Program-made: the position numbers and the translations under genes
DNA from: Planctomycetes bacterium DG_23
GTDB taxonomy: Bacteria > Planctomycetota > DG-23
Reading direction: 5' to 3'
Assembly: GCA_001302825.1 (NCBI GenBank)
Contig: LIZR01000004.1
Coordinates: 1-41,302, forward strand
Length of the DNA: 41,302 nt
The notes under the pieces: generated by a model
Told to the model about the DNA's origin: nothing
Databases searched by the model: none
The model's input: the letters and a program-made list of their open reading frames with translations, nothing else
In this document: positions 1 to 8,663 of the stretch, piece by piece
How positions within the stretch are numbered: the stretch's first letter is position 1
How the letters are laid out: each line of letters opens with the position of its first letter

Positions 1-516
1 TTTGCGTCTGAGATATTCCGAGAGTCCTTCCTTAGCCATATCAAGCCCCAGTTTGTTACGATATCGGAAACAATCACATATAGTTTTTTCTGCACAATAA
101 ATCCGGATTTTATAGCCCTTGATTTTTATCTCATCAATACCTGCCTCAAATTGCTTCTTGGAAAAATAGTAAAATTCAACAGGTGGATATTCGACCTTTG
201 GCCGCCAGGATTTTCGATATATAGCCATGGAAATGATTGAAGGGTTAAAAGTAGTCAGTTCATGATAGGATAGAGCTGAAAGCAGACATATAACTCCTTC
301 TGGAACAGCACGGGCAAGGTCAATAAAACTCTGGTTAGAAATAACTGCTGCATCTGTCAGTCTGTAAAGCCCATTTTTTACTTTCATGACTATTCCTTTG
401 TCCAGAATGTTTTTTATATCACGGGGATGGATACCTTCGGCCCTAATATCTTTAGTTCGAGCGTAACCATTATGGACTTTAAATATCTTGATAATTTTCT
501 CATACTTTTTATTCAT
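1..516 (-). CDS. AbiEi-family (type IV toxin-antitoxin) antitoxin / transcriptional regulator, C-terminus cut by the window edge
   Basis: Absent from the ORF track because it runs off the window. Hand translation of the minus strand gives ATG at 516-514 and 172 sense codons down to position 1 with no in-frame stop. The sequence is MNKKYEKIIKIFKVHNGYARTKDIRAEGIHPRDIKNILDKGIVMKVKNGLYRLTD...GVICLLSALSYHELTT...IYCAEKTICDCFRY. The N-terminal winged-helix pattern and the SAL..H.LT / ErTi.D core are what I recall for AbiEi antitoxins. AAGGGG lies about 7 nt upstream of the ATG. Confidence 0.7.
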   Translation of the reverse strand, partial: MNKKYEKIIKIFKVHNGYARTKDIRAEGIHPRDIKNILDKGIVMKVKNGLYRLTDAAVISNQSFIDLARAVPEGVICLLSALSYHELTTFNPSIISMAIYRKSWRPKVEYPPVEFYYFSKKQFEAGIDEIKIKGYKIRIYCAEKTICDCFRYRNKLGLDMAKEGLSEYLRRK

Positions 517-877
517 AAATGACCCCTTTGGATATTTTCATAGGCACATTATAACAAATGCCGAGGTTTTTGTCCAATAATTTTAAAAAAATTTTCCCGA
601 AAAATTTGGGAATAGGTTCTGCGTGTATTTACCCTTACAATAAAGCGCCGATAATTCTAATAATTCTTCAAGAACAACAAAACATTATACACTATTTTTT
701 CAAAAATAGAACTAAAAACCTACCATAAAGAACAATTGCGCTTTCTATTTCTCTCAAATTTCTCTTGCTTCGTTAATTTGAAAATAAGACAATCTATGCA
801 AACGAAACTGGGCTTTTGATTACTGGCTTTAGTGAAATTGGCCAAACTCATTTGAGGGCCGCCCGGCAACATTTTTC

Positions 878-906
878 TTGACAAACGCAAATTGCGGCAC
901 TAAAAT
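878..906 (+). promoter_or_regulatory. sigma70-type promoter: TTGACA (878-883), 17-nt spacer, TAAAAT (901-906)
   Basis: Exact -35 consensus, optimal 17-nt spacer and 5/6 match at -10, all read directly from the sequence. It sits about 40 nt upstream of the leader ORF and about 290 nt upstream of leuA. Confidence 0.6.
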
Positions 907-943
907 CTTCTTGTTTTCCAAGGGCGAAATCTGGACAAAAATA

Positions 944-1033
944 ATGGATGCTAATTTTTATAGGTTGCTTTACTTTTCACAGAGAGGTTTTTTGCTTTTG
1001 CTCTTGTTGTCTCTCCTTATGAGAGGGCCTTAG
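944..1033 (+). CDS. Leucine-rich leader peptide of a leuA attenuator (29 aa: MDANFYRLLYFSQRGFLLLLLLSLLMRGP)
   Basis: Hand-translated short ORF, too short for the ORF track. It has 10 Leu in 29 codons, six of them consecutive at 992-1009. The stop TAG at 1031-1033 is embedded in the antiterminator arm. It lies between a consensus promoter and a terminator directly upstream of leuA. There is no strong Shine-Dalgarno sequence, which is the main weakness. Confidence 0.6.
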   Translation: MDANFYRLLYFSQRGFLLLLLLSLLMRGP

Positions 1034-1065
1034 GGTATTGCTTATTGGCATAAAGCCCTGAGGCC
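1026..1065 (+). promoter_or_regulatory. Candidate antiterminator helix: GGCCTTAGGG (1026-1035) pairs with CCCTGAGGCC (1056-1065)
   Basis: The helix is 10 bp with a single G-U pair, paired by hand. The 5' arm overlaps the last leader codons and the stop codon. The 3' arm is the same sequence used as the 5' arm of the terminator. Confidence 0.5.
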
Positions 1066-1088
1066 GGAGGGTCTTGGGGCTTTTTTTT
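1056..1088 (+). terminator. Intrinsic terminator / attenuator: stem 1056-1065 with 1070-1079, GGAG loop, then C plus T8 (1081-1088)
   Basis: CCCTGAGGCC-GGAG-GGTCTTGGGG forms a 10-bp stem with 3 G-U pairs and is followed by CTTTTTTTT. It ends about 100 nt before the leuA start codon. Confidence 0.6.
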
Positions 1089-1191
1089 CAGCGATTCAGC
1101 AGACGAGCCAGGCAGTGCTTCGCATCCTGAGGATGCTCAGCATCCGAAGGGCCTGACAGCCGGGTTGAAGGACTGACGGGAGGCAAGTGAA

Positions 1192-2727
1192 ATGCCCAAA
1201 GAAGAAAAAGTGATTATTTTCGATACCACCCTTCGGGATGGGGAGCAGACGCCCGGAGCCAACCTCAATACCCGTGAGAAATTGGAAATCGCCCGGGCTC
1301 TGGCCCTCCTGGGCGTGGATGTGATTGAGGCCGGCTTCCCCTTCACCTCGCCCGGCGATTTCGAAGCCGTGCGCACAGTCGGTCAGGAGGTGAAAGGGGT
1401 TACGATCTGCGCCTTGGCCCGTTCTCTTTCCCAAGATATAGACTGCGCTGCGGAGGCCTTAGAGGGGATAGAAGATGCCCGCATCCATGTCTTTATCGGC
1501 ACAAGCCCCATCCACAGAAAACATCAACTTAGAAAATCCAAATCGCAGGTGCTGAAGATGGCCCGAGATGGAGTAAAGCGCGCCCGGGGCTTCACCTCCA
1601 ATGTGCAGTTTTCCCCTATGGATGCCACCCGCACCGAAGGACCTTTCCTCATTGAAGTCCTGGAGGCAGCCATTGAGGCCGGCGCCACTACCCTCAACAT
1701 CCCGGATACCGTGGGGTATGCTATGCCGGAAAGTTTCCGAGAGCTCATTACCAGACTTAGAGAGGAAGTTGAAGGCATAGAGAAAACGGTCATCTCCGTG
1801 CACTGTCACAACGACCTGGGTCTGGCCGTGGCCAATTCCCTGGCTGCAATTAAGGCCGGCGCCGGACAGGTGGAATGCACCATAAATGGCCTGGGCGAGC
1901 GGGCCGGAAATGCCTCCTTGGAGGAAATTGTAATGGCTCTGGCCACCCGCAAGGATTTCTTCAATAAAATTACCCGCATCCGCACCCAGCGGCTCTATCC
2001 CACCAGCCGCCTTGTCTCCGCCCTGACCGGCATCCTGGTTCAGCGTAATAAGGCCGTCGTGGGGGAAAATGCCTTTGCGCATGAATCCGGCATCCATCAG
2101 GACGGTGTGCTCAAAGAACCCACCACTTTTGAGATAATGAAGCCGGAGGATGTGGGTCTGGTGAAATCAAAATTGGTGCTGGGCAAACTTTCCGGAAGGC
2201 ATGCCTTCATAGCGCGGGTGAAGGAACTGGGCTATGAACTGGACGAAGAGGCCTTGGAGCACGCCTTCAATCAGTTTAAGGCCCTGGCGGATAAGAAAAA
2301 AGATATTTACGATGAGGATATTGCGGCCATAGTGGAGGAGGAACTGGTAGAGGTGCCGGAGGTCTTTGCGATAGAGAGTTTCCATACCACATCGGGCACG
2401 GGAACCATCCCCACGGCCACGGTGAGGATGCGCATCGCCGACGGCTCGGTGGTTCAGGATGCCGCCTGCGGCGATGGGCCGGTGGACGCCATCTATAAAA
2501 CCATAGACCGCATTACCGGATTTAAGGGCGACCTGGCGGATTATCATATAAGGGCCATAACCGGTGGCAAAGATGCTATGGGCGAGGTGACTCTGGAGGT
2601 GCGCCACCAGGGGAAAATCGTGCACGGCCGGGCCACCTCCACGGATATCATAGACGCCTCGGCCAAAGCCTATCTCGCGGCGATTAATAGGATCGAGGCA
2701 GCGAAAGAGAGGGCAAAGTCGAGATGA
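1192..2727 (+). CDS. leuA: 2-isopropylmalate synthase
   Basis: The N-terminus has the IFDTTLRDGEQ motif and the HMGL-like TIM barrel carries HCHNDLG. The C-terminal LeuA regulatory/dimerisation region reads GDGPVDA...GKDAMGEV...STDIIDASAKAYL. GGGAGG RBS upstream; 511 aa. Confidence 0.9.
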   Translation: MPKEEKVIIFDTTLRDGEQTPGANLNTREKLEIARALALLGVDVIEAGFPFTSPGDFEAVRTVGQEVKGVTICALARSLSQDIDCAAEALEGIEDARIHVFIGTSPIHRKHQLRKSKSQVLKMARDGVKRARGFTSNVQFSPMDATRTEGPFLIEVLEAAIEAGATTLNIPDTVGYAMPESFRELITRLREEVEGIEKTVISVHCHNDLGLAVANSLAAIKAGAGQVECTINGLGERAGNASLEEIVMALATRKDFFNKITRIRTQRLYPTSRLVSALTGILVQRNKAVVGENAFAHESGIHQDGVLKEPTTFEIMKPEDVGLVKSKLVLGKLSGRHAFIARVKELGYELDEEALEHAFNQFKALADKKKDIYDEDIAAIVEEELVEVPEVFAIESFHTTSGTGTIPTATVRMRIADGSVVQDAACGDGPVDAIYKTIDRITGFKGDLADYHIRAITGGKDAMGEVTLEVRHQGKIVHGRATSTDIIDASAKAYLAAINRIEAAKERAKSR

Positions 2728-3845
2728 CGCCGAAAGAGCGGGTGATTGCGGCACTTGAGCACCGGCAGCCTGACCGGGTTCCCACCGGCGAGATAGGTAT
2801 CGATTTTCCCACCACCGAGCGCGTGCTGGGGCGAAAGACACTTTATCGCGCCAAATGGACTACATATATGGCCCTCTGGGAAGGCCGCCGCGATGAATAT
2901 GTGGAAAGTTGTAAGCGGGATATTGTGGACCTGATTAAGGCCCTGGAACTGGATTATGTGCCCGTATTCCTGGTGCCCCGGAAGGGATATGCCCCGGGGA
3001 TGCCGGAGTTCGTAGAGGAATATACCTGGCGGGAGAAAAACGGTGCGGTGATGAAATTTTCTCCGGAAAGCGGTGGCCATGCCATCGCCATCTCCCACCC
3101 CGAGGTTTCCCTGGATGACATAGTGGTGCCGGAAAAAACAGAAGTGGAGGATTCGCAACTGGAACTGGTGCGTCATATCATAAAAGAACTGGGGGAGACT
3201 CATTTCATCCTGGGCCGGGGAGCAGATGGCACCTATCCCTGCACCGGGGGCATAACTAACTTCCTGATGAAAATGATTACCGAGCCCGAATTCGTGAGAA
3301 AGGCCATCCAGGCCCGCACCAAAAGGGCCATTGCCGTGGGCCAGGTGCTGATTGAGGAGGGTTGCGACGGGATACTTATGGGTTCGGATTATGCCTATGT
3401 CTCCGGACCTATGATGTCGCCTGAGCATTTCAAAAAATTCATCTATCCCGCGCTGAAAGAGCACTGCGACCAGTTCCATCGCGCTGGTGCTTTTGTCATC
3501 AAGCATACCGACGGCAATACCTGGCAGATACTGGATATGATGCTTGATGCCGGCATAGACGGCTACCAGGCCATTGAGCTTAATGCGGGGATGGATATAA
3601 AAAGGTTGAAGGAAAAATATGGAGGGAGACTCTGTCTTTTTGGCGGTGTGGATTGTGCAACTCTGGTTGCGGGAAGTGCAGAGGATGTGCGAGAAGAAGT
3701 GAGATATGCTATAAAATATGGCGCCCCGGGCGGCGGCCTGGTGATAACTTCAGGCAATACCATTATGGCCGGGGTGAAATATGAAAACTATATGGCTATG
3801 TTGGATGAAGTTCGCAAGTCCGGCCAGTATCCCATAAGGCTTTAA
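2724..3845 (+). CDS. Uroporphyrinogen decarboxylase (URO-D) family protein, MtaA/CmuA-like; true substrate unknown
   Basis: 373 aa. The N-terminus MTPKERVIAALEHRQPDRVP and overall pattern resemble URO-D/methylcobamide methyltransferase-like enzymes. The start overlaps the leuA stop (ATGA). Confidence 0.55.
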   Translation: MTPKERVIAALEHRQPDRVPTGEIGIDFPTTERVLGRKTLYRAKWTTYMALWEGRRDEYVESCKRDIVDLIKALELDYVPVFLVPRKGYAPGMPEFVEEYTWREKNGAVMKFSPESGGHAIAISHPEVSLDDIVVPEKTEVEDSQLELVRHIIKELGETHFILGRGADGTYPCTGGITNFLMKMITEPEFVRKAIQARTKRAIAVGQVLIEEGCDGILMGSDYAYVSGPMMSPEHFKKFIYPALKEHCDQFHRAGAFVIKHTDGNTWQILDMMLDAGIDGYQAIELNAGMDIKRLKEKYGGRLCLFGGVDCATLVAGSAEDVREEVRYAIKYGAPGGGLVITSGNTIMAGVKYENYMAMLDEVRKSGQYPIRL

Positions 3846-3859
3846 GCAAGGCGCAACCT

Positions 3860-5341
3860 ATGTCCGCTCGCACCCTACTTTGTGTCCCCATTACTGCGGA
3901 AACTACCGAGGCAGCCATCCTGGATATGTATAAAGCCGAGGAGGTTGCCGATATGGTAGAACTTCGCCTGGACTATATCCACGACCTTGACCTCGGCCGA
4001 CTCCTGGGCCACAAAGCCCTTCCGGTGATTGCTACCTGTCGGCCGGTGAGCGAAGGGGGAAGATTTGCTGGTGACCAGTCCAGCCGGTTGAGGCTGCTTC
4101 AGGATGCGGTTGGTCTGGGCGCAGATTTCGTGGATATAGAACTTGAGGCCTGGGCAGATTTTAAAGCCAGAGGCAAAAGCAAGCGTATCGTCTCTTATCA
4201 TAATCTTACGGAAACGCCTGCAAATCTTGACAGTATAGTAAAAAGCCTCCGCAGCACTGATGCCCATATCATCAAGATTGCCACCACGGCGACTTCCATC
4301 CTGGATAATCTGGTCATCTTCGACTTGCTCCAGAAAAGCAAGCGGGCGATGATTGCCCTGTGTATGGGCGAAGATGGCCTCATAAGCCGGGTTCTCGCCC
4401 CTAAATTCGGCTCATTTTTGACCTTCGCCGCTTTAAGTGAAGGCAAGGAGTCCGCCCCGGGCCAGCTTCCCGCGGCCGAACTCAAATCTCTCTATCGCTT
4501 TAATGAGATAAACAAGAAAACGGAAATCTACGGCGTCATCGGTAACCCTATAGCCCATTCTATGAGCCCGGCCATACATAACGCCGCCTTCGGCCATCTC
4601 GGCCTTAATAAGGTTTATCTGCCGTTTAGAGTTGATGATGTGGTGGCATTCGTGGAGGCCTTTAAGGCTGTTGAAGTTAAAGGCTATTCGGTGACCATCC
4701 CGCATAAAGAAAATGTCATAGCAGCACTGGATGAGGTGGATGAACTGGCGCAAAAAATTGGCGCAGTAAATACCGTGGTGGAAAAGAGAGCCCGGCTTAT
4801 TGGCAGCAATACCGACTCTTCAGCCGCTATTTTCTCTTTGGAGCAAGCGCTGGGAGAAAGTCCGGAAGGAGTGGTTCTTTCCGGTAAGCGGGTAGTGGTC
4901 TTGGGGGCAGGTGGGGCGGCAAGGGCTATTGCTTTCGGCCTCCGTCAGTGCGGGGCTAAAACCACCATCCTCAACCGCACGGTCAAGCGCGCCAAAAGAC
5001 TGGCCGAGGAAGTCGGCGCCCAATGGGGGCCGCTTTCCGATGCAAGCAAAGTGGAGATGGATATACTGGTCAATGCCACCTCGGTGGGTATGTATCCCGA
5101 AGTTGATGAGACGCCGGTGGATAAAGAGGTTTTCCGGCCGGGTCTGGTGGTATTTGATATGATCTATAATCCCTTGGAGGCCAGGCTTCTTCGGGAGGCA
5201 AAGGACGCGGGTTGCAAGTGCGTAAGCGGCCTGGATATGTTCGTGGAGCAGGCCAAGGAGCAGTTTGAACTCTGGACCGGGAAGAAAGCACCCACTGACC
5301 TTATGCGCCAGATAGTCCTGGAACGCTTGGGTGAAAGATGA
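3860..5341 (+). CDS. aroDE: Bifunctional 3-dehydroquinate dehydratase (type I) / shikimate 5-dehydrogenase
   Basis: The N-terminal half is AroD-like (LCVPI...VELRLDY...SYHN...KIA). The C-terminal half is AroE-like (YGVIGNPIAHSMSPAIHNAAF, SVTIPHKE, AVNTV, GAGGAARA). Confidence 0.85.
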   Translation: MSARTLLCVPITAETTEAAILDMYKAEEVADMVELRLDYIHDLDLGRLLGHKALPVIATCRPVSEGGRFAGDQSSRLRLLQDAVGLGADFVDIELEAWADFKARGKSKRIVSYHNLTETPANLDSIVKSLRSTDAHIIKIATTATSILDNLVIFDLLQKSKRAMIALCMGEDGLISRVLAPKFGSFLTFAALSEGKESAPGQLPAAELKSLYRFNEINKKTEIYGVIGNPIAHSMSPAIHNAAFGHLGLNKVYLPFRVDDVVAFVEAFKAVEVKGYSVTIPHKENVIAALDEVDELAQKIGAVNTVVEKRARLIGSNTDSSAAIFSLEQALGESPEGVVLSGKRVVVLGAGGAARAIAFGLRQCGAKTTILNRTVKRAKRLAEEVGAQWGPLSDASKVEMDILVNATSVGMYPEVDETPVDKEVFRPGLVVFDMIYNPLEARLLREAKDAGCKCVSGLDMFVEQAKEQFELWTGKKAPTDLMRQIVLERLGER

Positions 5342-5853
5342 ATATCGTCTTAATTGGTTTTCGGGGCACGGGAAAGACGGCCGTGGGGAAGAGTTTGGCC
5401 CAGAGGCTCGGCCGCCAGTTTATAGATGCCGATGAATATCTTGAGGAAAAGACGGGCAAAAGCATCGCTCAAATTTTCGCTGAAGGAGGCGAGGCGGCCT
5501 TCAGGGAAATGGAAAGGGAAATTATCTCAGGACTTTCGAGGCGCGATGGTATAATTCTGGCTGCCGGGGGTGGGGCGGTGCTTGACGAGCGTAATGTGAA
5601 GAATCTGAAGAAAAACGGCGTTATTTTCTTGCTTGAGGCCGATGCCGATACTATCCAGCGCCGCTTGGCGTCGGATGAGAAGACCGATAGCCAGCGTCCG
5701 CCCCTTACGGATAAATCCTTCAGAGAGGAAATCCGGAGTCTCCTGAAGTTCCGCAGGCCTTACTACGAAGCAGCAGCCGACCATACGATTAATACCTCCG
5801 AGTTAGGCAGGGAAGAGGTGGCGGAGAAGATACTTGACCATCTTCCACAGTAG
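5338..5853 (+). CDS. aroK: Shikimate kinase
   Basis: 171 aa with Walker A GFRGTGKT and the DADEYLE...FR..E pattern. The start overlaps the aroDE stop (ATGA). Confidence 0.85.
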   Translation: MNIVLIGFRGTGKTAVGKSLAQRLGRQFIDADEYLEEKTGKSIAQIFAEGGEAAFREMEREIISGLSRRDGIILAAGGGAVLDERNVKNLKKNGVIFLLEADADTIQRRLASDEKTDSQRPPLTDKSFREEIRSLLKFRRPYYEAAADHTINTSELGREEVAEKILDHLPQ

Positions 5854-5875
5854 CGCAAATGGCTTGAATTTTTCC

Positions 5876-5904
5876 TTGATTTATTCAAGCAAAAATGGTA
5901 TATA
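5876..5904 (+). promoter_or_regulatory. Candidate sigma70 promoter for pilD: TTGATT, 17-nt spacer, TATATA
   Basis: Read directly from the sequence. It overlaps an 8-bp inverted repeat, GCTTGAAT...ATTCAAGC (about 5861-5890). Confidence 0.35.
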
Positions 5905-5958
5905 GGATACTGGCGAGAGAGGCCGGAAAGATTTTTTTCTTACGTTTAAGGGGGTTGG

Positions 5959-6801
5959 GTGGGACCTTCATGGTTAGGGCAGGTTATTGCCTTCCTTTTC
6001 GGCATCTCGGCTGGCAGTTTCCTCAATGTTTGTATTCACCGCTTGCCGCGAGATATGTCCATCATCCGGCCGCCCAGCCGCTGCCCTTATTGCCTCAGGC
6101 GCATTCGGTGGTATGACAATATCCCCCTTTTAAGTTACCTTATCCTGCGCGCCCAATGCCGGAATTGTAAGGCGCGCATCTCCCCCAGATATTTTCTTAT
6201 TGAACTGGCCATCGGAGTGGTATTTGTTCTTTTCTATCGCCACTATATTTTGAGTTGGCCCCGGCCGGATTTGGCCCAGGGCATAATTTATCTGGTTTTG
6301 ACCTGTTCACTTATTGTGGCCAGTTTAATTGATATTGAACACCATATCGCCCCGGATGAAATAACCTTGCGGGGGATGATTTTGGCGCCGTTGGTGAGTC
6401 TTCTTTATCCCAGACTGCACGCGCCGCTGGTGGCCACCGGATTTGTGCGTCTTGATTCCCTCATCGCCTCAGGCGTGGGAATGGGAGTGGGGGCGGGAGT
6501 CTTTTATGCTCTGGGCCTCTTTGGCAAGATGGTCTTCAGGCGGCAGGCTATGGGGTTTGGCGATGTGAAACTTATGGGCTTTCTGGGAGGGTTTCTGGGC
6601 TGGAAGGTGGTGCTGCTGGTATTCTTTTTGGGAGCGTTCTTCGGGGTAATCTGGGGCGTGGCCACCAGAAGCCGTGTGATACCCTATGTTCCCAGCTTGA
6701 GTCTTGCGCTGGCAATGGTGATGCTCTGGGATAGGCCGCTCGGGCTACTAAATGGCTTTATCGACGACCTCAGGACCCTGATCGACCTCTGGCGACATTA
6801 A
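5959..6801 (+). CDS. pilD: Prepilin peptidase / N-methyltransferase (A24 family)
   Basis: GTG start after AAGGGGG. It has the CPYC...CRNC zinc-finger-like N-terminal domain, the GFGDVKLMG active-site Asp motif and multiple TM helices. Confidence 0.85.
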   Translation: MGPSWLGQVIAFLFGISAGSFLNVCIHRLPRDMSIIRPPSRCPYCLRRIRWYDNIPLLSYLILRAQCRNCKARISPRYFLIELAIGVVFVLFYRHYILSWPRPDLAQGIIYLVLTCSLIVASLIDIEHHIAPDEITLRGMILAPLVSLLYPRLHAPLVATGFVRLDSLIASGVGMGVGAGVFYALGLFGKMVFRRQAMGFGDVKLMGFLGGFLGWKVVLLVFFLGAFFGVIWGVATRSRVIPYVPSLSLALAMVMLWDRPLGLLNGFIDDLRTLIDLWRH

Positions 6802-6860
6802 TTAGGTGTCATTTTCATCGGGCAATATTTATGGGTTTGGGGATTTTCTCAAAGGAGGTG

Positions 6861-7100
6861 ATGAAGATGTCCACCCAGCAGAAAGTAAGGAATGTGATGA
6901 AATTGGTCAAGGTGGTAATAATTGTGGCCTTTCTGGTGCTTCTGATCGTCTTTGTATGGGAGAATCGGAAAGAGACGCAGGTTGACCTCATCTTCGGCGA
7001 AGTTACGATGCCTCTGAGTGTTTTAATTCTGGCTCTTTTTATAATCGGCCTGGCCATAGGCTTCGTCATAGGAAAGGCCAAGACCTGGAGGAGAATATAG
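6861..7100 (+). CDS. Small membrane protein with a LapA-like (DUF1049) domain
   Basis: The track ORF is 6831-7100. I prefer ATG 6861 because it directly follows AAGGAGG (6852-6858). The pattern is two TM helices around ENRKETQVDLIFGEV. Confidence 0.55.
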   Translation: MKMSTQQKVRNVMKLVKVVIIVAFLVLLIVFVWENRKETQVDLIFGEVTMPLSVLILALFIIGLAIGFVIGKAKTWRRI

Positions 7101-7122
7101 TTTTGCACAAAGGAGGCGTGAG

Positions 7123-7797
7123 ATGAAAAAGAATTTCGAGCCGCATTTAATACTTTTGGCCGTGGCCTTCATTATTCTTATTTGCTTACCCATAGGAATG
7201 GCCGGATGTGCCGCTCAAAAGGAACTGGCAGCAAAAAATGCCCAATATCTTGAGGCCGTTGAACAACTCACCGCAGAAAATCAGGACTTGAAAAAGGAGT
7301 TGTCTCTGGCCCGCGCGGAAACTGAGCGCATTTCGAGCGAAAAGACCATCCTGGAAGAAAAGGCTAAAAGGGAAGCGCAGGAAGCCGCCCTTCCTAAGCC
7401 TCCCCAGGAGGTTGAAAAGCCCCCCCAAAAAATCGTCCTTACCGGCCAGGTTCTCTTCCAGAGTGGCCGGGCCGAACTCGCCCCTTCCGGCAAGACCGCC
7501 CTCAGCAAAATTGCCTCTTCCCTCAAGCGGGATTATCCTGGTCGTTACATCCAGATTGCCGGCCACACAGATAACCAGCCCATAACAAAGAGCAAACGCT
7601 TATGGAAATCCAATTGGGAACTTTCCACCGCCCGGGCGCTTTCGGTGCTTCATTTCTTGGTAGATGAGTGCGGGCTTGACCCGGAGCGGGTATATGTGGC
7701 CGGCTACGGTTCTTCTCAGCCGGTGGCCTCAAATAATACCCCACAGGGCCGAGGCCAGAACCGGCGGGTGGAAATTATTATAGAGGACCAGGAATAG
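7123..7797 (+). CDS. OmpA/MotB-domain lipoprotein with a coiled-coil linker
   Basis: Signal peptide with lipobox-like GMAGC, then a coiled-coil region. The C-terminal OmpA-like motif reads GHTDNQP...SNWELSTARA...GYGSSQP...NRRVEI. Confidence 0.8.
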   Translation: MKKNFEPHLILLAVAFIILICLPIGMAGCAAQKELAAKNAQYLEAVEQLTAENQDLKKELSLARAETERISSEKTILEEKAKREAQEAALPKPPQEVEKPPQKIVLTGQVLFQSGRAELAPSGKTALSKIASSLKRDYPGRYIQIAGHTDNQPITKSKRLWKSNWELSTARALSVLHFLVDECGLDPERVYVAGYGSSQPVASNNTPQGRGQNRRVEIIIEDQE

Positions 7798-7836
7798 TTC
7801 TGACTGTTAAGGGTAAGGAAATTACGGGCATTTGCA

Positions 7837-8577
7837 GTGCAGGTCATTCCGGCAATAGACTTAAGAGGGGGAAAGTGCGTCAGGCTGGTTGAAGGCCAGC
7901 CGGAAAGGGAGATTGTCTACAGCCAGGAGCCGGTGGAGGTAGCCCGACGCTGGAAGCGTGCAGGGGCAAGATTTCTCCACATAATAGACCTGGATGGTGC
8001 TTTCAGTGGCAAGCCGGCGAATCTGGACACCGTGGGCGCGATTATCCAGGCCTCAAGTTTACCGGTAGAGTTAGGAGGGGGGCTTCGCACCACTTCCATC
8101 ATTCAGTCTGCACTGGATATGGGTGTTGAGCGAGTCATTGTGGGCACACGCGGTCTGGAGTCGCCTCGTTGGCTATCCCAAATTTGCCAAAAATTTCCTT
8201 ATAAGATAGCCCTGGCTATAGATGCCCGCGAAGGCCTCGTTGCTACCCACGGCTGGGCTAAAATCTCCCAGACCCCGGCACTGGAACTTCTGAGCCGACT
8301 GGAAGGCCTCTTGCTTGCAGGACTCATCTATACCGATACAGCCCGTGACGGGACGCTTTCCGGGCCCAATTTAAGCGCTACTCGGGAGGTCGCTCAGGCT
8401 GCCAAATTTCCCGTATTCGCCGCCGGAGGCATCTCCAGTCTAAAAGATGTAAAGGCGCTGGCCCAACTTCCCATCGCCGGGATGATTATCGGCCGTGCCC
8501 TCTATGAAGGCCGCCTTAGTCTTGCGCAGGCAATAGAAGCCGTCCGGCAGGGGAAAGGCGCCGAATCCGGTTTTTGA
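7837..8577 (+). CDS. hisA: ProFAR isomerase (histidine biosynthesis)
   Basis: GTG start. MQVIPAIDLRGGKCVRL...IDLDGA...GGGLR...GTR... is a typical HisA pattern. Confidence 0.85.
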   Translation: MQVIPAIDLRGGKCVRLVEGQPEREIVYSQEPVEVARRWKRAGARFLHIIDLDGAFSGKPANLDTVGAIIQASSLPVELGGGLRTTSIIQSALDMGVERVIVGTRGLESPRWLSQICQKFPYKIALAIDAREGLVATHGWAKISQTPALELLSRLEGLLLAGLIYTDTARDGTLSGPNLSATREVAQAAKFPVFAAGGISSLKDVKALAQLPIAGMIIGRALYEGRLSLAQAIEAVRQGKGAESGF

Positions 8578-8663
8578 GGGCCTCTTTGGGAGGTGAGCCT
8601 GGTGGTGCTTCCTTCCCCAGAGGTGGCGATACAATGGGCTCAGGGCAGATTTTGCTTGCTTTT

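Noticed and set aside
900-1190. Possibility of a T-box or riboswitch in the leuA leader
   Set aside because: I could not find a T-box specifier-loop/T-box sequence arrangement or a known riboswitch core. The Leu-run ORF plus the mutually exclusive helices explain the region more simply.
2167-3506. Long minus-strand ORFs (2167-2841, 224 aa; 2670-3506, 278 aa) opposite leuA and the URO-D-like gene
   Set aside because: They lie entirely antisense to ORFs with clear family motifs. The translations are low-complexity, rich in Arg, Gly, His and Pro, with no recognisable motif. This is typical of shadow ORFs in moderately GC-rich DNA.
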